64,000 nt of DNA from Anaerolineales bacterium (GTDB taxonomy: Bacteria; Chloroflexota; Anaerolineae; Anaerolineales; RBG-16-64-43). Positions 9,154 to 16,480 of this stretch are shown one piece after another. The stretch covers positions 27,906-91,905 of the forward strand of contig JBEKLP010000002.1 of assembly GCA_050010135.1 (NCBI GenBank), read 5' to 3'. Below the pieces are notes generated by a model. The model was not told where the DNA came from and did not search any database. It was given only the letters and a program-made list of their open reading frames with translations. The translations under genes and the position numbers were made by a program. The number at the start of each line of letters is the position of its first letter. Positions within the stretch are counted from its first letter, which is position 1.

Positions 9154-9639
9154 ATGAAAGAGAAAATCCATCCCAAGTATTTTCCGAACGCCACCGTGAT
9201 CTGCGCCTGCGGCAACACCTGGCACACCGGTTCCACGGTGGAAACGATCCATACGGACATCTGCTCCAAATGCCATCCGCTCTTCACCGGCGAACAGCGT
9301 ATCGTCGACACCGAAGGACAAGTGGACCGCTTCTACAAGAAATTGGAAGCTCGTTCCGCATACGTCGCCGACCAGAAGGCGCGCGAATCCGCCAAAACCT
9401 CGACCGACCAGCCCGTGGCAATCCTGGAACTCGGCGAACGGGCCGAGGGAGCGCTGCAAAAAGCCGGGGTCGAGAAAATCAGCCAGGCGCTGGATAAACT
9501 CGCCCAGGGCGACGATACGCTGCTGGCCATCGACGGGTTTGGCCGCAAGAGCCTGATCGATCTCAAGAAACGGTTGCGCTCCCGTGGATTCGTTTTGCCG
9601 GGCGATGTACCGCAGCCGGAAGAGATCAAGGCTGGATAA
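9154..9639 (+). CDS. rpmE: 50S ribosomal protein bL31 (zinc-binding type) with a C-terminal RNA polymerase alpha-CTD-like domain
   Basis: First ~70 aa are canonical L31 (MKEKIHPKY...CACG...DICSKCHPLFTG...DTEGQVDRF). The ~90-aa extension LELGERAEGALQKAG...LLAIDGFGRKSLIDLKKRL resembles alpha-CTD. Confidence 0.95.
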   Translation: MKEKIHPKYFPNATVICACGNTWHTGSTVETIHTDICSKCHPLFTGEQRIVDTEGQVDRFYKKLEARSAYVADQKARESAKTSTDQPVAILELGERAEGALQKAGVEKISQALDKLAQGDDTLLAIDGFGRKSLIDLKKRLRSRGFVLPGDVPQPEEIKAG

Positions 9640-9663
9640 GAAAGACAGCGTGATGCTTTTTAT

Positions 9664-9692
9664 CGGGCAGTCGATGACTGCCCGTTTTTTTT
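9664..9692 (+). terminator. Rho-independent terminator after rpmE
   Basis: CGGGCAGTC-GAT-GACTGCCCG followed by T8. Confidence 0.9.
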
Positions 9693-9704
9693 AATCCTCG
9701 ACCA

Positions 9705-9818
9705 CGCGGGGATGAAGCCCCGCGCAATTACACGATGCCCCTCCGGGGCGCTATCCAATACCGGTATCAGCCCGCGAAAGCGGGCTTTGTGTATAAGCGC
9801 CGTGCTTCAGCGCGGCGC
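9705..9818. repeat. REP/REPIN-like cluster of four hairpins arranged as two inverted units
   Basis: Hairpins CGCGGGG-ATGAAG-CCCCGCG, GCCCC-TCC-GGGGC, AGCCCGC-GAAA-GCGGGCT and GCGCCGTGC-TTCA-GCGCGGCGC. Confidence 0.6.
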
Positions 9819-9901
9819 GACCGAAGTATTCTACAGGAACGGCGCAAACCGGGAAAATTTTTCTGCGGTAAACTTGGGCCGTTCGAGAAAGGAGACGGTG
9901 C

Positions 9902-10480
9902 ATGCCTGCGACGGGTTCCCTTGAAGTGATCACCGGACCGATGTTCAGCGGGAAGACTGACGAATTGATCCGCCGGCTGCGCCGGGCAAGAATCGCCCGC
10001 CAGAAGGTGCAGGTATTTTTTCCGGCGCTGGATGCGCGCTATGCCGGATTGGATGACGGCAAACTGACTTCGCACGCCGGTGCGGAATTCGATGCCACCC
10101 CCGTCCGCACCGCCGAAGAAATCCTGCGCGCGGTGGAGAACGATACCAGCGTGGTGGCGATCGACGAAGCCCAATTCTTCGACGACGACATTCTTCCCGT
10201 GGTGAGCCGGATGGTTGCCTCCGGATTGCGGGTGATCGTCGCCGGATTGGATACCGACTTTCGCGGCGAGCCGTTCGGTCCGATGCCGCTACTGATGGCC
10301 GAAGCCGAACAGCTTGACAAGCTGCAGGCCATCTGCATGGTTTGCGGCGAGCCGGCCTCGCGCACGCAGCGCCTGATCAACGGTAAGCCGGCGCTTTTGC
10401 ACGACCCCGTGGTCGTGGTAGGTGCCGGCGAACTCTACGAAGCGCGCTGCCGCGCGCATCACTCGGTGCCCCGCGAATGA
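9902..10480 (+). CDS. tdk: Thymidine kinase
   Basis: [26 protein letters not shown], zinc site CMVC...YEARCRAH. Confidence 0.97.
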   Translation: MPATGSLEVITGPMFSGKTDELIRRLRRARIARQKVQVFFPALDARYAGLDDGKLTSHAGAEFDATPVRTAEEILRAVENDTSVVAIDEAQFFDDDILPVVSRMVASGLRVIVAGLDTDFRGEPFGPMPLLMAEAEQLDKLQAICMVCGEPASRTQRLINGKPALLHDPVVVVGAGELYEARCRAHHSVPRE

Positions 10481-11040
10481 CCCTCTCCCCGAAGGTTCCC
10501 GCTCTGAATCCGGTAACGCTGATTTCCTCCCAGCAATTGCAATCCCGGGTGGCGGAACTTGGCGCCGAAATCAGCCGGGATTACGCCGGAGCGGATTTGT
10601 TGCTGCTGTGCATCCTCCGCGGCGCGGTGATTTTTCTTTCAGACCTGATGCGCTGCTTGACCATCCCCCATGCAGTGGATTTTATGGCGGTCTCCTCCTA
10701 CGGGATCGGCGCGCGCGCAACCACCGGGCAGGTGCGGATCACCCTCGACCTGACGGCTTCGATCGCCGGGCGCGACGTCCTGGTGGTGGAAGACATCATC
10801 GACAGCGGACGAACGCTGGCCTCGGTGCTGGACCTATTGCGCGCGCGACACCCGCGGACATTGGAAGTCTGTGTCCTTCTGGATAAAATCCAGCGACGCG
10901 AAGTGGACATTCCGCTGCGTTACCGGGGATTTCCCATCCCGGACCGTTTTGTGTTCGGGTACGGCCTGGATATCGACGAATACTATCGGAACCTTCCATA
11001 TATCGCAGTCGCCGGAAAACAAATGGAGGGATCGACCTGA
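10477..11040 (+). CDS. hpt: Hypoxanthine phosphoribosyltransferase
   Basis: [16 protein letters not shown] motif [33 protein letters not shown]. Confidence 0.96.
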   Translation: MTLSPKVPALNPVTLISSQQLQSRVAELGAEISRDYAGADLLLLCILRGAVIFLSDLMRCLTIPHAVDFMAVSSYGIGARATTGQVRITLDLTASIAGRDVLVVEDIIDSGRTLASVLDLLRARHPRTLEVCVLLDKIQRREVDIPLRYRGFPIPDRFVFGYGLDIDEYYRNLPYIAVAGKQMEGST

Positions 11041-11041
11041 A

Positions 11042-12598
11042 ATGGGAATGGCCAAAGGCAATCCTTCACGCGCAAGCGGCTTATCTCCCGCGGAAAGAAT
11101 CCCCTTTCCCGCGATCGTAGAAGAAATCCGGGCGCACCTTCCGGCGGGCGAAGCGTACCTGGTCGGGGGAGCGGTTCGGGATTCACTCCTGGGGCGGCCG
11201 TCTTCCGACATCGACATCATCCTGCGGGGCGACGGCTTGCAGGCGGCCAAAGCCGTGGCCGGCGCGCTGGGAGCGGCTTTCTATCCGCTGGATTCGCAGC
11301 GCGGCATCGGCCGGGTGATCCTGATCCGCGGAACATCTGCGCCGGAAGCCCGGCCGGCAGTGCGCTACACGCTCGATTTCGCCTCGTTGCGCGCACCCAC
11401 CATCCGCGAAGATCTCGAGGCGCGCGATTTTACCGCCAACGCAATCGCCGTCCCGCTCGCCGATCCTGATGTGATGATCGATCCGCTCGGCGGGGAACGC
11501 GACGTGCGCGGGGGAATCCTCCGCGCCTGTTCCCCGCATGCCGTGACCGACGATCCGGTGCGCGCCATCCGCGCCATCCGCCTCGCGACGCAATTCGGAT
11601 TCCGCGTTGAGAAGGAGACCAAGGAACAAGTACGCGCCGGCGCACCGCTTCTGCGGAAGGTCTCCGCCGAGCGGGTTCGCGACGAATTCTTCCGCATCCT
11701 GGCCGGGAAGAAAGTCGGCGCGGCAATCCATTCGCTCGAAGCCCTCGGGATGCTGCGGGTGATCCTCCCCGAGACCGCCGGCTTGGCGGAAATGCGACCC
11801 CCTCCTCCGCAACGGCACAACATTTGGGAACATACCCTGCGGACGCTGGAATGCCTCGAAGCGCTCGTCGATCTGCTGGCCGGATCTCCGGATAGAGAAC
11901 GCGCGCCCGATCTCATGCTGGGTCTGGCGCGCGATCGCCTCCGCCGGTTCCAACCCTCGCTTGAGGAGCATCTGACGCGGCCGCTTTCCGACGAGCGTTC
12001 CGCGCGCGGGTTGCTTTTCCTGGCGGCCATCCTCCACGATGCCGCCAAGCCGGAAACGGAAACCATCGACGCCATGGGTCAGACCCATTATCTTGGGCAT
12101 GAACAGATGGGGGCGGAATGGGCTTTCCGGCGCGCCGCCGCGCTGCAATTCTCCAACGAGGAGGTCCAGTATATTTCCCAGATCGTGCGCAATCATATGC
12201 GGCCGCTCCTTCTGCAATCCGGCGGGCCGGTTACGCGGAGGGCGGTGTTCCGATTCTTCCGCGCCTCCGGTCCGAGCGGCGTCGCCGTGTGCCTTTTCTT
12301 TCTGGCTGACACGCTCGCCACCTTCGGCCCGGAGCTTCCGCCGGAGAAATGGCAATCGGCCGTGGAGATGGCGCACTCCCTCCTGGAAGGATATTTCGAA
12401 CGCACAGAGGAGTTGATCCGGCCCACGCCATTACTCTCGGGCGACGATTTGATCCGCCGCTTCGATCTTGCCCCCGGTCCGCATATCGGGGAACTCCTGG
12501 ACGCGTTGCGCGAAGCCCAGGCGGCCGGGGAGGTGACTTCAATGGAAGAAGCGGTCACGCTCATCGAACGCGGATTGGGGAGAAAAGAATCCTCATGA
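11042..12598 (+). CDS. Class II tRNA nucleotidyltransferase with HD domain (probably CC-adding type)
   Basis: YLVGGAVRDSLLG..SDIDI, RDFTANAIA, DDPVRAIRAIR, VSAERVRDE, HD motif LHDAAK; start at 11042 or 11048. Confidence 0.9.
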   Translation: MGMAKGNPSRASGLSPAERIPFPAIVEEIRAHLPAGEAYLVGGAVRDSLLGRPSSDIDIILRGDGLQAAKAVAGALGAAFYPLDSQRGIGRVILIRGTSAPEARPAVRYTLDFASLRAPTIREDLEARDFTANAIAVPLADPDVMIDPLGGERDVRGGILRACSPHAVTDDPVRAIRAIRLATQFGFRVEKETKEQVRAGAPLLRKVSAERVRDEFFRILAGKKVGAAIHSLEALGMLRVILPETAGLAEMRPPPPQRHNIWEHTLRTLECLEALVDLLAGSPDRERAPDLMLGLARDRLRRFQPSLEEHLTRPLSDERSARGLLFLAAILHDAAKPETETIDAMGQTHYLGHEQMGAEWAFRRAAALQFSNEEVQYISQIVRNHMRPLLLQSGGPVTRRAVFRFFRASGPSGVAVCLFFLADTLATFGPELPPEKWQSAVEMAHSLLEGYFERTEELIRPTPLLSGDDLIRRFDLAPGPHIGELLDALREAQAAGEVTSMEEAVTLIERGLGRKESS

Positions 12599-12674
12599 CC
12601 ATGGAATTAAAATGGATTGAGAGAAATCCAGGAAGGAAAATTTTCCACTGCGTGTATTTGTTTGTTGCATTTTT

Positions 12675-12709
12675 AAAAAAAAGCGCCAGCCGAGGGGGGC
12701 GGCCGGCGC
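12675..12709 (-). terminator. Rho-independent terminator (minus strand)
   Basis: Minus-strand 10-bp stem GCGCCGGCCG/CGGCTGGCGC with loop CCCCCCT, followed by T8. Confidence 0.8.
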
Positions 12710-12738
12710 CCGGTCGTAGGGGTTAACCCCCCCGTACC
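12675..12738 (-). ncRNA. Candidate ~65-nt small RNA
   Basis: Extended -10 TGATATAAT (12746-12754, minus strand) sits just upstream of a GGGGTTAACCCC palindrome and the terminator; no ORF. Confidence 0.4.
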
Positions 12739-12912
12739 AAGATTCATTATATCACAAAAAAACTATTTTGTGTCTCCTGCAAGCAGGAACTTCGTACTCC
12801 TTGTGGAGAAATGAGCGGTATCAAACGGGATTTCCTCCGCTTTGTCATTTCGGTTTGTCTCAGTCGATATTTAATAAAGCGGATTTCGGTGGAAATGAAA
12901 AGAAGTGAAAAG

Positions 12913-12985
12913 TGCCCCCGACGAGATTCGAACTCGTGTTTTGGCCTTGAGAGGGCCACGTCCTGGGCCGCTAGACAACGGGGGC
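12913..12985 (-). tRNA. tRNA-Glu (CTC)
   Basis: GCCCCCGTTGTCTAGCGGCCCAGGACGTGGCCCTCTCAAGGCCAAAACACGAGTTCGAATCTCGTCGGGGGCA forms a cloverleaf; CCA is not encoded. Confidence 0.96.
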
Positions 12986-12998
12986 CAGCGCGCGGAGC

Positions 12999-13027
12999 AT
13001 TCTACCATCCGTAGGAGCGACGGTCAA
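12999..13027 (-). promoter_or_regulatory. Promoter of tRNA-Glu
   Basis: TTGACC, 17-bp spacer, TAGAAT with an upstream TG. Confidence 0.75.
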
Positions 13028-13240
13028 ACCAATTCCCCTTTTCTGTCCGGTACAAACCTATCTCCTAAATGAAAAAACGTTTGTAAAGGATCTTTTCTTT
13101 CGCCAAACGCCGGAATTTTTTCAATAATTTTGACAGCCGCCCGATCAAAAGAAAGCCTTTTTCCTATCCCGCCCGGCAAAGTCCTGATGCGCTACCCGAC
13201 GGAGAAGATGGAAATATCCGGTAGAGAATGGCGTCCCTGT

Positions 13241-13270
13241 TTGACCTTCATCGGAACTTATGGGTATAAT
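13241..13270 (+). promoter_or_regulatory. Promoter of the DUF4388-GTPase operon
   Basis: TTGACC, 18-bp spacer, TATAAT, 63 nt upstream of the likely ATG. Confidence 0.6.
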
Positions 13271-13333
13271 CCCCTGGCAAGCTTCCGGGAGTATCCACGG
13301 AAGCATTGCTATTCCCTCGGATCGGATAAAGTC

Positions 13334-14152
13334 ATGGCCCTCCAGGGCAATTTACGCGATTTCAGCGTCACCAAACTATTGAACCTGATTCACATCGCCA
13401 AGAAAAGCGGAACCCTGACCATTCAGGGGCCGAACGAATTGGCCAGTTTGGCGTTTCTGGATGGCAAACTCATCTACGGACAGCGCGGAGACGAAGGGGG
13501 ACGGCTGATTTCCGTCCTGCGGTACAACCAGCAACTCACCGAAGAACAAGCCCAGAGCCTGCAACAACGCCCGGAGGCCGCAAACGACAAGGAACTCGGC
13601 CTGCTCCTGATCCACGCCAATTACCTGACCCAGCAGGCGATCCTGCAGGCGCTGCACAAATATCTCAACGACCTGGTCTTCCGGCTCTTCACCTGGAGCG
13701 AAGGCGTGTTCCAATTCTACGTGGGTATCCTCCCGCCCGAGGACCGCATCACCGTGCGCATCGACCTGGAGAACCTCATCATGGAAGGCGCGCGGCGAAT
13801 GCGGGAGTTCGAACAGCTGCAGGAGGAGATCCCCAACCTGGACTTCGCGCTGAAGTTCACCGACCGGCCGGACGCCCGGCTGCGCAATATTAATCTGAGC
13901 GTGGAAGAGTGGCGCGTAGTTTCCTACATCTCGCCGAAAAACACCATGCGGCAGATCGCGCGCGCCAACCGGCTCAGCGAAATCGATTTGCGCCGGATCG
14001 TTTACGGGCTGATGCAGGCGGGCGTGGTGGAGATCCTGCTTCCGGAGGGCATGCCTCCGCCGCCGTCGTTTGCCAAAATCCAGCCGATGCCCAAGACAGC
14101 CGAGCAGGCCGGTCTGATCAGGCGCCTAGCCGATCGGATCCGCTCGTTATAA
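13334..14152 (+). CDS. DUF4388 (PatA N-terminal-like) protein with a C-terminal winged-helix-like region
   Basis: MALQGNLRDFSVTKLLNLIHIAKKSGTL...LFTWSEGVFQF...LENLIMEGARRMRE...LSVEEWRVVSYI...IVYGLMQAGVVEI. Confidence 0.85.
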   Translation: MALQGNLRDFSVTKLLNLIHIAKKSGTLTIQGPNELASLAFLDGKLIYGQRGDEGGRLISVLRYNQQLTEEQAQSLQQRPEAANDKELGLLLIHANYLTQQAILQALHKYLNDLVFRLFTWSEGVFQFYVGILPPEDRITVRIDLENLIMEGARRMREFEQLQEEIPNLDFALKFTDRPDARLRNINLSVEEWRVVSYISPKNTMRQIARANRLSEIDLRRIVYGLMQAGVVEILLPEGMPPPPSFAKIQPMPKTAEQAGLIRRLADRIRSL

Positions 14153-14167
14153 GGAGCATCACTTACC

Positions 14168-14710
14168 ATGCAAACCGTGAAAATGGTGGTCACCGGCCCT
14201 TTCAACTCCGGAAAGACAGCCTTCATCCGTTCGATCAGCGAAATCGAAGTTGTCTCGACGGAGCGCAAGATTTCCCTCGAGGTGGAGAAGGTGAAGGAAA
14301 CCACGACGGTGGCCATGGATTTCGGCCGGATTACAGTCGACGATGATCTGGTGCTATACCTGTTCGGCACACCCGGGCAGAAGCGGTTCGATTTCATGTG
14401 GGAGATCCTTTCGGAGGGTATGCTTGGATTTGTGGTGATCGTCGACAGCTCCCGTCCGGAGACTTTCCGCGAGGCAAGGTTCATCCTCGATACCTTCCGT
14501 GCCTACGCGCCCACACCGTATGTGGTGGCCGCCAACAAGCAGGACATTCCGGAAGCCTGGTCGGTCGAGGATCTGCGTATCGCCCTGAAATTGGATCCAA
14601 GCGTTCGATGCATCCCGTGCGTCGCCAGCGACAAGGAAAAGGTCAAGGGGGTGCTCCTCGAACTCCTCAACAGCATCCTGCAGGAAATAGAATCCGGCGG
14701 GAAATCCTGA
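14168..14710 (+). CDS. Small Ras-like GTPase (ATP_bind_1 family; MglA/CvnD-like)
   Basis: G1 GPFNSGKT, TTTVAMDFGRI, G3 FGTPGQ, G4 NKQD. Confidence 0.92.
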   Translation: MQTVKMVVTGPFNSGKTAFIRSISEIEVVSTERKISLEVEKVKETTTVAMDFGRITVDDDLVLYLFGTPGQKRFDFMWEILSEGMLGFVVIVDSSRPETFREARFILDTFRAYAPTPYVVAANKQDIPEAWSVEDLRIALKLDPSVRCIPCVASDKEKVKGVLLELLNSILQEIESGGKS

Positions 14711-14760
14711 AGAAGGAATTTCCGCCGCACGGCTTCCAAACCGTAGAAAGAATCCCCCTC

Positions 14761-15399
14761 ATGTATCTTGCCGCATCCTGGCCTGTACCCCCGAAAGCGC
14801 TGCCCGACATCTATCCGGCCAAAATCGGAGACCTGCTGGTCGCCTCCTTCGAGGAAGTTCTAGGAAAGCAAAATTTCGAAAAGGCGCTCCGACAAGCCGG
14901 CCTGGATATCTCTAGCGGCGACGTGCCGGACCTTCCCTTCGGGGCGCCGGCCCGGCTTTCCGAAGCGCTGGAGGAAATCTACGGCGATCAGGCGGGACAC
15001 GGGTTATGTTTACGCGCCGGCCGCGTGATGTTCCATCGCGGGTTGCGAGTCTTCTCCGGCATTCTCGGCCTTTCCCACCGGAGCTTTCGGTTGCTGCCGC
15101 CGGGGCAGAAGGTGCTGCGGGGAATGGATCTGCTGGCCTGGCTGCTGAACCATTACAGCGACCAGCGCGTACGCGTGGAAAAACATGCGCGGGAGCTGTT
15201 GTTCATCAACGAAAAATGCCCTCATTGTTGGAATTTGAAAAAAGCTTCCCCCTGCTGCCAATTGACAGTCGGCGTGCTCCAGGAGGGATTGGCCTGGGCA
15301 GCCAACGGAAAACAGTATTCGGTGGAAGAAATTTCTTGCCGAGCCAATGGCGACTCCGCTTGCATCTATCGCATCATTCGAAAACCTCTCGCCCGCTAG
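14761..15399 (+). CDS. V4R (4-vinyl reductase-like) domain protein
   Basis: C-terminal CPHC...PCC...GVLQEGL.W...VEEISCRANGDSACIYRI pattern; start is uncertain. Confidence 0.8.
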   Translation: MYLAASWPVPPKALPDIYPAKIGDLLVASFEEVLGKQNFEKALRQAGLDISSGDVPDLPFGAPARLSEALEEIYGDQAGHGLCLRAGRVMFHRGLRVFSGILGLSHRSFRLLPPGQKVLRGMDLLAWLLNHYSDQRVRVEKHARELLFINEKCPHCWNLKKASPCCQLTVGVLQEGLAWAANGKQYSVEEISCRANGDSACIYRIIRKPLAR

Positions 15400-15566
15400 A
15401 AATACTCGTCCGGGTCTGTAGCCGGAATCGACGATCCCGGCCACAATTATTAAGGACGGCAACCGGGCGATGGAATGGGTTCGTCGCTCCGGAAATCCCG
15501 CGCCGATAAGTTGAAGTACAATCAGTCCTGTCCCGTACTGCTGGGGAAACTCCTCCAGGAGGCTCG

Positions 15567-16454
15567 ATGGGAAAGAGCAGGATATTAATCGTCGAAGACG
15601 ATCCCGACATCGGCAACATGCTGCGGGTTTATTTCGAAAACCAGGGATTCGAGATCTCCCTGGCAACCCGCGGCCGGGATGCCCTTGCGATCACCCGTCA
15701 CTCCCTGCCCCAATTGATCGTCCTCGATATCATGCTTCCGGACATGGACGGCTACGAGGTCTGCCGGTCGCTGCGGGCTTCCTCCCGCACCGGGCACATC
15801 CCGATCCTCTTTCTTACCCAGCGTGACGAACGCCGCGACCGGATCGCCGGATTGGAACTCGGCGCGGACGATTACATCACCAAACCGTTCGACATCGAGG
15901 AACTCCGACTGCGGGTTCAGAACGCGATGGTGCGGTCGGAGCGCGAACGGATGACCGATCCGCGGACGGGGTTGCCCGCCAGCGGCCAGATCCAGACGCG
16001 CCTTCAGGCGAACCTGGATCGCACCGGCTGGTCGATGGTAAGCTGCCGGCTGATGAATTTCGACGCTTACCGGAGCGCCTACGGGGATTCCGCTGGCGAC
16101 GATCTCCTGCGATTTGCCGCCGAGCTTATTCTGAAGGTGGTCGACGAACTGGGAGCCTCGGACGATTTCCTCGGCTATTCGGGCGGCGACAGTTTCGTCG
16201 TCCTTACCGAGGATTCCCGGGCGGCGGTGATCGAGGCGCAGTTAAAGATCCGTTTCCAGGAAGCGATCCCGGGCAAATATTCCTATCTCGACCAGCAGCG
16301 CGGGTACGTTTTAACGCGCGCTGCCTCCGGCGCGGAAAACCGCGCCCCGCTCATCCGCCTCGCCGTGAGCTTGATTCGATCGTCGGACTATCACTTTAGC
16401 GATATCCGCCAGATCACCGAGTTGGCCGCGGCGGCCGGGGCGAAAAACCCCTAA
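15567..16454 (+). CDS. Response regulator with a degenerate GGDEF domain
   Basis: REC domain (IVEDD, LDIMLP, KPF) followed by TDPRTGL...YGDSAGDDLL...SGGDSFVV. Confidence 0.88.
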   Translation: MGKSRILIVEDDPDIGNMLRVYFENQGFEISLATRGRDALAITRHSLPQLIVLDIMLPDMDGYEVCRSLRASSRTGHIPILFLTQRDERRDRIAGLELGADDYITKPFDIEELRLRVQNAMVRSERERMTDPRTGLPASGQIQTRLQANLDRTGWSMVSCRLMNFDAYRSAYGDSAGDDLLRFAAELILKVVDELGASDDFLGYSGGDSFVVLTEDSRAAVIEAQLKIRFQEAIPGKYSYLDQQRGYVLTRAASGAENRAPLIRLAVSLIRSSDYHFSDIRQITELAAAAGAKNP

Positions 16455-16480
16455 CGGCCGATCCCTTCGCCCTTCCCCAA

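Noticed and set aside
8275-9459. 394-aa minus-strand ORF
   Set aside because: Antisense to rplU, rpmA and rpmE; typical high-GC shadow ORF with no motifs.
12913-12985. tRNA-Glu (and tRNA-Asp at 34241) as possible integration sites
   Set aside because: No integrase and no duplicated tRNA 3' end was seen in the window.
15466-15492. GGCGATGG...TTCG resembling a fluoride riboswitch start
   Set aside because: Lacks the downstream conserved pseudoknot elements and has no fluoride-related gene; appears to be a simple hairpin.
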